Positions 1 through 9,598 of a stretch of DNA of 64,000 bases are shown in pieces; position 1 is the first letter of the stretch; every line of letters begins with the position of its first letter. The stretch comes from Candidatus Latescibacterota bacterium (GTDB lineage Bacteria; Latescibacterota; UBA2968). Position numbers and translations under genes: made by a program. The stretch lies in assembly GCA_965204375.1 (NCBI GenBank), contig OZ241986.1:576001-640000 (forward strand), in the 5' to 3' direction. The notes under the pieces were generated by a model. The model worked only from the letters and a program-made list of their open reading frames with translations. It searched no databases and had not been told where the DNA came from.

Positions 1-527
1 AAGGTGTTGGCAATGGTCGAGCGGTCTTTGCCCACATGCTCGGCAACTTCTTCCTGTGTGAGAAAACATTCCTCTATGAGCATGCGATAGGCTTTGGCTT
101 CTTCAATGGGGTTGAGATTTTCCCGCTGGATGTTTTCAATCAGCGAGAGTTCCATCATTTCCTGGTCTGTTCCCACATCCATAACAATCGCAGGTACGAC
201 CGCGAGTTCGGCCTGACGCGCGGCGCGGAAACGACGTTCGCCTGCGATCAGTTGGTAGCCCGATCCAAATCGGCGCACGGAAATAGGCTGTATGATGCCT
301 TTTTCGCGGATTGATTGCGCCAATTCGCCCACGGCTTTGGGATCGAATTCCGTGCGTGGCTGGTGGGGATTGGGTTCAATATCATCAATGGGTATTTCGA
401 TGATTTGCCGTTGGGTCTGTCCCGCAGGCGAAGGAGCAATTTCCGATGTGATTTTTTCGGCAGGGGTTGCATCGGCACCGGGAATCAGGGCGCCCAACCC
501 CTTGCCGAGGGCATTGCGTTTAGCCAT
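1..527 (-). CDS. parB: ParB/Spo0J partitioning protein (runs off the window's left edge)
   Basis: Manual translation: [15 protein letters not shown]...[10 protein letters not shown]...GIIQPISVR...[13 protein letters not shown]...[14 protein letters not shown]; overlaps the end of parA. Confidence 0.93.
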   Translation of the reverse strand, partial: MAKRNALGKGLGALIPGADATPAEKITSEIAPSPAGQTQRQIIEIPIDDIEPNPHQPRTEFDPKAVGELAQSIREKGIIQPISVRRFGSGYQLIAGERRFRAARQAELAVVPAIVMDVGTDQEMMELSLIENIQRENLNPIEEAKAYRMLIEECFLTQEEVAEHVGKDRSTIANT

Positions 528-1281
528 TGATGACCTCCCCGGCTAAGTTCATGTAATTTTGTGCACCAGAAGATATAATATCGTAGAGGATGATGGGTTT
601 GCCAAAACTGGGTGCTTCGCCGAGTTTGACGTTGCGCGTGATAATTGTATTATAGACGCGGTCGCCAAAATGCGATTTGGTTTCTTCGGCAACCTGGCGC
701 GCCAGATTGAGACGTCCGTCGTACATTGTGAGCAGTACGCCTTCAATGGCGAGGTGGGGGTTGAGGTGTTGCTGCACGAGGCGGAGGGTGTTGAGCAATT
801 TGCTCAGGCCCTCGAGCGCGTAGTATTCGCATTGTATGGGGATGAGCACGGAGTCGGCTGCCGTCAGCGCGTTGAGCGTGAGCAATCCCAATGAGGGGGG
901 ACAGTCGATGATGATAAAGTCGTAGGTTTCGCGCGCTTGCAAGAGGGCATTTTTGAGGCGTTGTTCGCGCGAAATGATGGAGACCATTTCCACTTCGGCA
1001 CCGGTGAGGCGAATGTGAGAGGGCGCAATGCTGAGAAAGGGCAGATCGCTCTGGTAGATGACTTCCATTAGCGGTACGTCTTCGAGGAGTACTTCGTACA
1101 CACAGGGCGTTTGTTCATCTATCTCAATACCACATCCGCTGGACGCGTTGGCCTGTGGGTCTATGTCGAGCAGCAGGGTTTTCTTTTCTGCAGTGGCCAG
1201 ACACGCAGATAGGTTGACTGCGGTGGTGGTTTTGCCCACGCCGCCTTTTTGATTGGCTATGGCAATGACCCGTGCAGACAT
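520..1281 (-). CDS. parA: ParA/Soj ATPase
   Basis: [11 protein letters not shown] deviant Walker [24 protein letters not shown]. Confidence 0.96.
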   Translation of the reverse strand: MSARVIAIANQKGGVGKTTTAVNLSACLATAEKKTLLLDIDPQANASSGCGIEIDEQTPCVYEVLLEDVPLMEVIYQSDLPFLSIAPSHIRLTGAEVEMVSIISREQRLKNALLQARETYDFIIIDCPPSLGLLTLNALTAADSVLIPIQCEYYALEGLSKLLNTLRLVQQHLNPHLAIEGVLLTMYDGRLNLARQVAEETKSHFGDRVYNTIITRNVKLGEAPSFGKPIILYDIISSGAQNYMNLAGEVING

Positions 1282-1406
1282 CTCAAATCCCGAAAATTCA
1301 AGTATAAATAGCGATATTCAAGTCCGTAGAATATAGTGTACGCACAGGGGAAAATCAAGCACGGGCATTTATCAATAAGTTGTGCTGTGGGGTGGAAAGG
1401 CGAGGG

Positions 1407-2975
1407 TTATGGTGCTTTTTGTAATGGCTTAGAGTACTGCATAAAATCGTTAAAGAGCACAAATTGAGATTCATCGGTATCAGATTGCGGCCTGTATTTC
1501 GCGAGATGCTGGTCTTTGTGAAGTATTTCTGCCAGTACGATCAAATCTAACCGCTTGAGTATATCGGCTGTAATTGGTCGTTTTGCATCCCAAAAAATGA
1601 AAGCATGCAAAAATTCTCGCGCGGCTTTTGAGTTGAGAAGGTCAGCAAATAAAATCGCTTCATCTCGATTTGTGCATGGGAGAAAATAACAGGTATCGTC
1701 AACCATTGCGGGTTTTCCATCCAGAGGAGGTATGATTGAGAATTGAATTTTTTTGTATAACCCGGAAATCGCTACCTTCCACTGGGCAAAGGAATAATCG
1801 CCGACGCCGAAGATAGAAAAACGCGGTTTGTTTTTATAAATAGAGCTTTTTCGCCGATCCAATTTGTCCGCATGGTTTGTGAGATAAGCCCATGTCCTGG
1901 GTGCCTTCTCTCGAATGATACGGGTTTCATCTCCGACTTTTCGCTGTGGTATGAGAACCCATCGCTCGGGCGTTTCAGTTTTGCATTTGACGACATGCGA
2001 ACTTTTGTAAAGAGGGAACACAAACGTATCTTCTATATCGACAGCTTCGCCCAGGCCATTCACAAAAGTGCCATTTTCGCGTGTAAATTCCATTATTCTG
2101 GCGCAGTCGTGCTTTACGCCCGACCGCCATTTGAAAGGAACATGACCATCGAGTTGAGACCATTTTTCATACTTTTTCAAATCGGCTAAAATTTCAGTAT
2201 TGTGCATTCCTATCTCAGAGATTTTACATTTATCTGAAATGCCCTGAAAAACACCGCAGGATTTTATTTCAGAGGGCGCGCCCGTCTTACATACCAATAA
2301 GCAGGCGGAGACAGAGACATTGAAATGCGTCTTAGAATCTATGATATACAAATGGGATTCTGAGACGTGAAAATCGCGGTTCCATACGTATTTTAGAACT
2401 TTTCTCGCTACTGTGGTTTTGCAAAGCATTGCCAATACTGCGTTTTTGTTCTGCAATTTATCCAGTAGATGGATGAGCATCCACTCGGATATATCGAAGT
2501 TGGATTTTCCCGTTATTGCGTCGAATCCTTTGTGACCTTGAAAATTGCTCTTAGCAGGTAAATTCGATCCGCGAATGCGCCCCAAGCTCGAATTGGTTAC
2601 CCAGGGTGGGTTGCCAAGCAATAGAATGGGTTGTGGTAGGCGAGACAAAATATCTTCCCAATCGAGCTGAAAAAAATCTTCATTTTTGAGTTCGATCCGA
2701 GTATGGTCTATTTTCCTCAGTTTTCGTTCAAGTTCCAGTAAATATTCTCTGTTGATTTCGTTGCCCAAAAATTTTCGCGCTTGCTGAAAAGTGTCCATAG
2801 CACTCACTATAAACCCACCTGTACCGCACGTTGGTTCGACGATGCTCTCTGGTCGTACGCCTGTAGAATGCAGGAAATGACATATTTCATCTGTGAGTTC
2901 AGACGGCGTTTGAAAGTCACCAAATTCCACTGTCCGTCTGTGAGTGTGGTTTTTTACTTTCAATTGCTTTTCCAT
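1407..2975 (-). CDS. N6-adenine DNA methyltransferase (gamma class, NspV-type-like); start codon uncertain
   Basis: FGDFQTP (motif X), EPTCGTGGF (SAM-binding motif I), GNPPW (catalytic motif IV). Confidence 0.87.
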   Translation of the reverse strand: MEKQLKVKNHTHRRTVEFGDFQTPSELTDEICHFLHSTGVRPESIVEPTCGTGGFIVSAMDTFQQARKFLGNEINREYLLELERKLRKIDHTRIELKNEDFFQLDWEDILSRLPQPILLLGNPPWVTNSSLGRIRGSNLPAKSNFQGHKGFDAITGKSNFDISEWMLIHLLDKLQNKNAVLAMLCKTTVARKVLKYVWNRDFHVSESHLYIIDSKTHFNVSVSACLLVCKTGAPSEIKSCGVFQGISDKCKISEIGMHNTEILADLKKYEKWSQLDGHVPFKWRSGVKHDCARIMEFTRENGTFVNGLGEAVDIEDTFVFPLYKSSHVVKCKTETPERWVLIPQRKVGDETRIIREKAPRTWAYLTNHADKLDRRKSSIYKNKPRFSIFGVGDYSFAQWKVAISGLYKKIQFSIIPPLDGKPAMVDDTCYFLPCTNRDEAILFADLLNSKAAREFLHAFIFWDAKRPITADILKRLDLIVLAEILHKDQHLAKYRPQSDTDESQFVLFNDFMQYSKPLQKAP

Positions 2976-3075
2976 CTGTGACGCCAAACAAACTGGCATG
3001 CTCGCGAGAAGACTCGATACGTGCAAATTGGTGCGCCTCTTCACAAGGCAAACTGATTGTCAATTCGGGTTTCAT
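2917..3075 (-). pseudogene. N-terminal stub of a type II restriction endonuclease
   Basis: RBS AGGA then MKPELTISLPCEEAHQFARIESSREHASLFGVTDGKAI, followed by out-of-frame MTase sequence and a stop. LxGVTDGKA resembles the N-terminus of REases that pair with this MTase type (recognition from memory). Confidence 0.6.
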
Positions 3076-3249
3076 TTTGGCTTTCCTACGTGAAATATAT
3101 GGATTACTTGAAGATAGTCATTTTTCGGCGTTTTTCAAGTCTCATCAACTATCTTGGGCAATCTCGGACATATTTCATTTAAGATGCTGGGGTTTTGGGC
3201 AAATTTTGAGCGGCTGGTTTTCAAGTGAGGACCAATTTGTGGGATAAAA

Positions 3250-3376
3250 CAAGTGCCTGCCTCCTCAATGGAACAGGCACTTTTGTTTTTTTCCTATCCA
3301 AAAAAATAGGAGGTTACTCTGCCAGCGCAGCGTGGGCGGTTGCGAGGCGGCGATGGGTACGCGGCAGGGTGAGCAA
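3250..3376 (-). repeat. Degenerate copy of the ppdK 3' end plus its terminator (partner at 5124..5247)
   Basis: caagtgcctgcctcctcaatggaacaggcacttttg...ttactctgccagcgcagcgtgggcggttgcgaggcggcgatgggtacgcggcagggtgagca aligns to 5124..5247 with substitutions and small indels. Confidence 0.88.
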
Positions 3377-3522
3377 GACCGGCATAAGCCTATTTGGTCA
3401 TGAAATGGGTTGAGGAACGAGTGGTAGTCGGTTATATTTGTCGTAGCGATAAGCGGTGGACCTATATTACGCGCTGCAATTGAAACCTGTACACAAAGAT
3501 TTATAGAGAGGATCATTGATTC

Positions 3523-5097
3523 ATGCGCTTTTTCAATACGAGCGGTCCGGTGGTGGCAGCAGACCATTACTGCATTCCTCCTCTGGAAAGGCTGAACCTC
3601 GCCGATGTGCGCAGGCTCATCCGCGACAAACGCTACTTCGTGCTGCACGCGCCACGGCAGACGGGCAAGACTTCGGCATTGTTGGCTCTGCGCGACTTGC
3701 TCAATGCCGAAGACGCCTATCGCTGTGTGTACGTCAACATCGAAGGCGGGCAGGCCGCGCGCGAAGATGTGGAACAGGTGATACGTACCATTTTGGGCGA
3801 GTTGGCATCTCGGGCGCGTTCAGTGGGCGACGCATTTCTGGACGAGGTCTGGTTTGACATCCTGGCGAAATACGGGCCCCATGTTGCTTTGCGCGAGGCG
3901 TTGACGCGCTGGGCCGAGTCGGCCCCGAAGCCGTTGGTGCTGCTCATTGATGAGATCGATGCTCTGATTGGCGATTCTCTGCTGTCCGTGTTGCGGCAGT
4001 TGCGGGCAGGCTACGATTTGCGCCCAGCGGGGTTTCCGCAGAGTGTGGTACTGTGTGGCGTGCGCGATGTGCGCGATTATCGCATCCAATCAACCGCAGA
4101 GAACGCGCTTATCGCCGGAGGCAGTGCGTTCAATATCAAAGCGCGATCCCTGCGCCTGGGTGACTTTTCGCGGGACGAGGTGATCGCCCTGATCAATCAG
4201 CATGCCGAGGAGACGGAGCAGGCGTTCACCCCTGACGCGCTGGACACGATCTGGACGCAGACCCAAGGGCAGCCCTGGCTGGTGAACGCGCTGGCGGATG
4301 AGACCTGTTTCCACGACGGGGATACAGCAGACCGACTTCGTCCGATCACCGAAGATGACATCCGCAACGCGCAAGAGCAACTCATTCTGCGCCGAGAGAC
4401 ACATTTGGATCAGTTGGCGGACAAACTCAAGGAGAAGCGCGTGCAGCGTGTGATTGAACCGCTCTTGAGTGGTGGCGAGGAACGCCGTTTCATTGACCGC
4501 GACCTGGAGTACATCCGCGATCTCGGCCTCCTGGCTCAAGATCGGCCCTTGCGTATTGCCAATCCCATCTACGCCGAGGTCGTCCCGCGTGAGTTGACGT
4601 GGGTGATCCAAGAGGAGTTTGAGCAGGAAACCGCATGGTACGTCAATGTCGATGGCAGCCTGGACGTAGTCAAGCTAATGACCGAGTTTCAGACATTTTT
4701 TCGCGAGCACTCAGAACATTGGGTGACGCGGTTTCAATATCAGGAGGCCGGTCCGCAGTTACTGTTGCAGGCGTTTTTGCAACGCATTGTGAACAGTGGC
4801 GGGCGCATTGAACGGGAATATGGCCTGGGCAGAATGCGTACAGATCTGCTGATTGTCTGGCCGCAGGGCGATCAGACGCGCAAGGTTGTGATTGAGTGCA
4901 AATTGCTCCACAAGAGTCTGGAGCAGACCATTGCCGAGGGTCTGGAACAGACGGCGGAGTACATGGATCGTTGCGACGCAGAGGTGGGTCATCTGGTGAT
5001 TTTTGACCGTCGTGCAGGCAGGCGTTGGGAGGACAAGGTGTTCCACTTCCGCCGGGCATCGGAAAGCGGGGTAGAGATTGACGTATGGGGCATGTGA
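3523..5097 (+). CDS. AAA-like ATPase with C-terminal PD-(D/E)XK nuclease domain
   Basis: HAPRQTGKTS Walker A, VLLIDEID Walker B, C-terminal EREYGLGRMRTDLLI...VIECK. Confidence 0.88.
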   Translation: MRFFNTSGPVVAADHYCIPPLERLNLADVRRLIRDKRYFVLHAPRQTGKTSALLALRDLLNAEDAYRCVYVNIEGGQAAREDVEQVIRTILGELASRARSVGDAFLDEVWFDILAKYGPHVALREALTRWAESAPKPLVLLIDEIDALIGDSLLSVLRQLRAGYDLRPAGFPQSVVLCGVRDVRDYRIQSTAENALIAGGSAFNIKARSLRLGDFSRDEVIALINQHAEETEQAFTPDALDTIWTQTQGQPWLVNALADETCFHDGDTADRLRPITEDDIRNAQEQLILRRETHLDQLADKLKEKRVQRVIEPLLSGGEERRFIDRDLEYIRDLGLLAQDRPLRIANPIYAEVVPRELTWVIQEEFEQETAWYVNVDGSLDVVKLMTEFQTFFREHSEHWVTRFQYQEAGPQLLLQAFLQRIVNSGGRIEREYGLGRMRTDLLIVWPQGDQTRKVVIECKLLHKSLEQTIAEGLEQTAEYMDRCDAEVGHLVIFDRRAGRRWEDKVFHFRRASESGVEIDVWGM

Positions 5098-5124
5098 TAG
5101 CGTCTCGGGAGACATACAAAAAGC

Positions 5125-5160
5125 AAGTGCCCGCCTTCTCAATGGAAGCGGGCACTTTTG
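5125..5160. terminator. Bidirectional Rho-independent terminator between convergent genes
   Basis: aagtgcccgc...gcgggcactt stem with A and T tracts. Confidence 0.7.
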
Positions 5161-5182
5161 TGTTTATTCCAGAAATAGAAGA

Positions 5183-7828
5183 TTACTCTTCCAGTGCAGC
5201 GTGGGCGGCTGCGAGGCGGGCGATGGGTACGCGGAAGGGTGAGCAGGAGACGTAGTCCATGCCGATGTTGTGGCAGAAGTGTACAGAGGATGGATCGCCT
5301 CCGTGTTCGCCGCAGATGCCCACTTTGAGGTCGCCTCGGGCGCCGCGTCCGTTTCTGGTGCCGAGTTCGACGAGTTGCCCCACGCCGGTCTGGTCGAGGG
5401 TCTGGAAGGGATCGTTTTCGAGGATGCCCTTTTCGACGTATTCGCCCAGGAATTTGCCGGCGTCGTCGCGGGAGTAACCATAGGTCATTTGCGTGAGGTC
5501 GTTGGTGCCAAACGAGAAAAATTCAGCGTGTTCGGCAATTTCGGCGGCGGTAAGAGCAGCGCGGGGAATTTCGATCATGGTGCCGACGAGATACGCGACG
5601 CGCTTGCCGGTTTCGCTTTCGACTTCGCGAGCCACGCGGTCTGTCATGATTTTGAGTTCGGTAAATTCTTTGACTGCGCCGACGAGTGGAATCATGATTT
5701 CGGGAACCGCTTTGGATCCCACATTGGCGGCGGCTTCGAGGATGGCGCGCACCTGCATTTCGTAAATTTCTGGATAGGTGATGCCCAGCCGACAGCCGCG
5801 ATGCCCGAGCATGGGATTAAATTCGTTGAGGGATTCGACCTTGTCCTGAATCACGCGCAACGAGGTATTGAGCCGCCTTGCCATTTCCTCTTGCTGGTCG
5901 CTCTCGTGTGGGAGAAACTCGTGCAGAGGGGGGTCGAGCAGGCGAATGGTCACGGGCAGTCCGGCCATGGCATTGAATATGCCTTCAAAGTCGCCGCGCT
6001 GGATGGGCAATAGCTTTTCGAGGGCACCACGACGGCCTTCTTCATCATCGGCGAGAATCATTTCGCGCACGATATTGATGCGGTCGCCTTCAAAGAACAT
6101 GTGTTCTGTGCGGCACAGGCCAATGCCTTCGGCGCCAAAGTCGCGCGCGACAGCCGAATCGTGTGGCGTATCCGCATTGGTGCGTACATTGAGTGTGCGA
6201 ATCCCATCTGCCCAACTCATCAAGGTGGCAAAATCGCCCGAGAATTCAGGCTCCTGTGTGGGAACCTGGCCGAGCATGACTTCACCTGTAGAGCCGTCAA
6301 TGGAGACCCAGTCGCCGCCTTTGACAACCGTATCGCCAACAGAGAATTGATTCGCTGTGTAGTCGATGACCAGATCGCCACAACCGGCCACACAGCATTT
6401 GCCCATACCGCGAGCAACCACAGCAGCGTGTGAGGTCATGCCCCCGCGTGCGGTGAGAATGCCCTGTGCGGCGTCCATACCACCGATGTCTTCGGGCGAG
6501 GTTTCAAGGCGCACCAGCAGAACCTGCTCGCCCTGCTCGGCGGCTTCTTCGGCTTCTTCGGCGAGAAAGACGACTTTTCCCGACGCAGCGCCCGGTGAAG
6601 CGGGCAATCCCGTAGCCAGTACATTGCGTTCAATTGTGGGATCGAAGGTGGGGTGCAGGAGTTGGTCGAGTTGTTCGGGTTCCACGCTCTGCACGGCTTC
6701 GGTCTTGGTGATCAGGCCTTCGTTGACCATGTCAACGGCAATTTTGACAGCGGCAGCGGCTGTGCGTTTGCCACTGCGGGTTTGCAGCATCCAGAGTTTG
6801 CCCTGTTGCACGGTAAATTCGATGTCCTGCATGTCCCGATAGTGATTTTCGAGTGTTTGATAGATGCCTTCGAGTGTTTGGTAGGCTTCGGGCTGTCTGC
6901 TCTTCAGGCGTTCTACAGGCTCGGGCGTGCGCACGCCTGCGACCACGTCTTCGCCCTGTGCATTGGTGAGAAATTCGCCGTAAAATGTGTTTTCACCCGT
7001 TGAAGGATCGCGCGTAAATGCAACGCCTGTGGCGCAGTCATCGCCCATGTTGCCATAGACCATGGATTGTACGTTGACCGCTGTTCCCCAGTCTCCGGGG
7101 ATATTTTCCAGACGCCGATAGGTGATGGCGCGATCCGCCTGCCATGAGCCAAATACCGCGCCAATACCACCCCAGAGTTGCTCGATGGGGTCGGTGGGGA
7201 AATTTTGTCCCGTGCGTTTTTTGACGATGTCTTTGAACATATCGACGAGGGTTTTGAGGTCCTCTACGGTCATGTCGAGGTCGTCCTCGATGCCGCGCTT
7301 TTCTTTTACTTCGTCGATGGCGGCTTCAAAGGGATCTATTTCGAGGCCCTCGGGTGTCACGCCCATTACCACATCGCCATAGGTCTGGATGAAGCGGCGA
7401 TAAGAGTCCCATCCAAAACGCGGGTTGTTGCTTCTGGCAATAAGACCTTCTGTGATTTCATCGTTGAGGCCGAGGTTGAGTACGGTTTCCATCATGCCGG
7501 GCATAGAGACGCGCGCACCCGAGCGCACGGAGAGAAGCAATGGGTTTGTCGCATCGCCGAATTTGCCACCCATAACATTTTCGAGTTTGGCAACGTTGTC
7601 CATCACCTGTTTTTCAAGGGCTTCGGGATATTGTTTGTCGTTATCGTAATAATACGTGCAAACCTCGGTGGTGATGGTAAATCCAGCGGGCACGGGTATG
7701 CCAAGGCCCGACATTTCTGCGAGATTCGCACCTTTACCACCGAGCAAGTTGCGCATTTCTGCAGAGCCTTCGGCTTTGCCATCGCCAAAGAAATAGACAT
7801 ATTTTTCTTCTTGTTTTGCTGTTGCCAT
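5183..7828 (-). CDS. ppdK: Pyruvate, phosphate dikinase
   Basis: LGGKGANLAEM, GGMTSHAAVVARG (phospho-His), GIGLCRTEHMF, FSFGTNDLTQ, GICGEHGG; GGAGG upstream of ATG 7828. Confidence 0.98.
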   Translation of the reverse strand: MATAKQEEKYVYFFGDGKAEGSAEMRNLLGGKGANLAEMSGLGIPVPAGFTITTEVCTYYYDNDKQYPEALEKQVMDNVAKLENVMGGKFGDATNPLLLSVRSGARVSMPGMMETVLNLGLNDEITEGLIARSNNPRFGWDSYRRFIQTYGDVVMGVTPEGLEIDPFEAAIDEVKEKRGIEDDLDMTVEDLKTLVDMFKDIVKKRTGQNFPTDPIEQLWGGIGAVFGSWQADRAITYRRLENIPGDWGTAVNVQSMVYGNMGDDCATGVAFTRDPSTGENTFYGEFLTNAQGEDVVAGVRTPEPVERLKSRQPEAYQTLEGIYQTLENHYRDMQDIEFTVQQGKLWMLQTRSGKRTAAAAVKIAVDMVNEGLITKTEAVQSVEPEQLDQLLHPTFDPTIERNVLATGLPASPGAASGKVVFLAEEAEEAAEQGEQVLLVRLETSPEDIGGMDAAQGILTARGGMTSHAAVVARGMGKCCVAGCGDLVIDYTANQFSVGDTVVKGGDWVSIDGSTGEVMLGQVPTQEPEFSGDFATLMSWADGIRTLNVRTNADTPHDSAVARDFGAEGIGLCRTEHMFFEGDRINIVREMILADDEEGRRGALEKLLPIQRGDFEGIFNAMAGLPVTIRLLDPPLHEFLPHESDQQEEMARRLNTSLRVIQDKVESLNEFNPMLGHRGCRLGITYPEIYEMQVRAILEAAANVGSKAVPEIMIPLVGAVKEFTELKIMTDRVAREVESETGKRVAYLVGTMIEIPRAALTAAEIAEHAEFFSFGTNDLTQMTYGYSRDDAGKFLGEYVEKGILENDPFQTLDQTGVGQLVELGTRNGRGARGDLKVGICGEHGGDPSSVHFCHNIGMDYVSCSPFRVPIARLAAAHAALEE

Positions 7829-7974
7829 TGCGTCCTCCAAAGGGATTCAAATCAGGGCATAAAAATGTGCCCGGGTTATATTTTAGCAAGGAAAAATATA
7901 ATAGGGCAAAAAAACGAGCAAGGATTTTGTTGGAATTGAAAAAAAAAGCAGGGCTGGGGATCGAGGTGGGCTGA

Positions 7975-9237
7975 CTACTCATTACTGGTGGTATCGGGCT
8001 GTGAGGTATTGATGGTATCGGGCCGTGGCGTATTGATAGTGTCAGATTGCGAGATATTGATAGTATCGGGTTGTGGCGTATTAATGGTATCAGGCTGTGG
8101 CGTATTGATAGTGTCGGGCTGTAGGGTTTGAAGTAAATCAGTCAATGATTTTATCTGATTGAACTGGACATTGCTTTCCCAACCGAGGATGGTTTGCAAA
8201 ATGCTTCGCCGCCCCACATAGATACGCAAATCAGCGGTAGATCCAAAGCTCAGGGCAATGGGGGTTTGTTTGACGGCGACTTCCAGGCCAAAGGTGCGAA
8301 CATTGCCTTCAATGACGGCATATCCGTGGACTTCTGATACTTCTCCATGACCGATAAACCCCTCGCGGTCGGTAAAGAGATTGCTCAATATTTCAACGGG
8401 CTGACCGGGGCGTACCTTCCACGCACTGGTTTCGGCCATCCAGGCACCGATGACTGTACCTTCGCCTTCTCCTGCGATGATCATGACAACGGCACCCTGA
8501 CTGGCCTGCATGCCCGGATAGAGATCCTGGCGGGCCACCACACCATTGACTGGCGCGCGCAGGGTTGCGCGTTCGAGGGCTTCGTGCGCGGCTTCGAGAT
8601 TGTGTTTTGCCTTGTCCAGAGATGCCTGGGTTTGGCGCATTGCCGCTTCGGCCTGTTGGATTTCAGCGGGCAGGGGACCGCGTCTTACCAGGTTGAGATT
8701 TTCGAGTTCGACTTTTAAGCTGGCCTCAGCGAGGTCGTAATTGGTTTTGGCGCGTTCGTAGTCTTCCTGACTGAAGAGCCGCTGGCCTTCATAGAGAGCC
8801 TGGGCGCGTTTGAGGTCCTGTTGCCGAGCTGTGAGGTTGATGCGTGCTTGCTCAACGCGCGATTCGGCTATTTTGATTTCTTCGGGGGTTGGCTGTGCGC
8901 GCAGCAGGGCAAGTCGCGCCTGTGCAGCTTCGAGGTTGGCCATTTCCCGTTTGATCTCTTGTTCGGCGGTTGCTGCAGCTGCTCTCAAATCGCCGTCGTA
9001 GAGCCGCGCGACGGGTTGACCGGCTATGACGGAGTCGCCGGGTTCTGCGAGGATTTCGTGGATGTCCTGGCTCATGGGCGAATTGATATATATTTTGTCT
9101 CCTGGTTCTACAATGCCTTGAGCCATCACGATATCGTCAATCTGGATCAGTGCAAGGGCGAGTGCAATGGCCCCAATTACACCGAAGACCCAGAGTAGCC
9201 ATTTGACTATTCTGCCTTTTCGGCGACGACGCATCAT
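7975..9237 (-). CDS. HlyD-family periplasmic adaptor (membrane fusion protein) with repetitive C-terminal tail
   Basis: Basic N-terminus plus TM helix, lipoyl half-motifs (EPGDSVIAGQPV; LRAPVNGVV), long coiled coil. Confidence 0.88.
   Translation of the reverse strand: MMRRRRKGRIVKWLLWVFGVIGAIALALALIQIDDIVMAQGIVEPGDKIYINSPMSQDIHEILAEPGDSVIAGQPVARLYDGDLRAAAATAEQEIKREMANLEAAQARLALLRAQPTPEEIKIAESRVEQARINLTARQQDLKRAQALYEGQRLFSQEDYERAKTNYDLAEASLKVELENLNLVRRGPLPAEIQQAEAAMRQTQASLDKAKHNLEAAHEALERATLRAPVNGVVARQDLYPGMQASQGAVVMIIAGEGEGTVIGAWMAETSAWKVRPGQPVEILSNLFTDREGFIGHGEVSEVHGYAVIEGNVRTFGLEVAVKQTPIALSFGSTADLRIYVGRRSILQTILGWESNVQFNQIKSLTDLLQTLQPDTINTPQPDTINTPQPDTINISQSDTINTPRPDTINTSQPDTTSNE
7991..8122 (-). 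repeat. 24-bp coding tandem repeat, ~5.5 units (QPDTINTP-like)
   Basis: Units start at 7991, 8015, 8039, 8063, 8087 and 8111. Confidence 0.9.
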
Positions 9238-9259
9238 GGGATTATTTTTTTCCTTTTGC

Positions 9260-9287
9260 TTGACAGATTTTGGCAGAATGGTATATT
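9260..9287 (+). promoter_or_regulatory. Sigma70-type promoter of the tRNA
   Basis: TTGACA-16 nt-TATATT with extended TG. Confidence 0.65.
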
Positions 9288-9314
9288 TTACAATTCTATA
9301 CCAAAATCCTGGAT

Positions 9315-9387
9315 GGGCGCGTAGCTCAGGCGGTAGAGCAACGGCCTTTTAAGCCGTGGGTCGCAGGTTCGAATCCTGCCGCGCTCA
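9315..9387 (+). tRNA. tRNA-Lys(TTT); CCA not encoded
   Basis: Acceptor stem GGGCGCG/CGCGCTC, anticodon arm ACGGC-CTTTTAA-GCCGT, T-loop GGTTCGAATCC. Confidence 0.96.
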
Positions 9388-9399
9388 CTATTACAAAAC

Positions 9400-9432
9400 G
9401 GCCCTGAATCACAATGATTTCAGGGCTTTTTT
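9400..9432 (+). terminator. Terminator after the tRNA
   Basis: gccctgaa...ttcagggc followed by a T tract. Confidence 0.75.
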
Positions 9433-9542
9433 CGCGCCCCTTGCGAGTAAATATAGTAAATAAATCTATTATATTGTTTTGCAAAGGTCAAGAAAGTTAT
9501 AAATAAAAATTATGATTTGGGACCGCTATATGGCGAGGTAAC

Positions 9543-9571
9543 TTGACATCACAACGGGTATTAAATATATT
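9543..9571 (+). promoter_or_regulatory. Sigma70-type promoter of cysH
   Basis: TTGACA-17 nt-TATATT; AGGAG RBS before ATG 9599. Confidence 0.7.
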
Positions 9572-9598
9572 GTGGATCAACGAACTCAAGAATAGGAG

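Noticed and set aside
3082-3097. parS-like 16-mer tttcctacgtgaaata near parAB
   Set aside because: Five mismatches to TGTTTCACGTGAAACA, and it overlaps the RBS of the REase stub
5270-7939. Long plus-strand ORFs antisense to ppdK, and similar shadow ORFs elsewhere
   Set aside because: Antisense shadows of well-supported genes
7991-8122. 24-bp repeats as a CRISPR array
   Set aside because: No spacers; the repeats are in-frame coding units
9315-9387. tRNA-Lys as the attachment site of the island
   Set aside because: No duplicated tRNA 3' end or integrase was seen, and cysH follows directly
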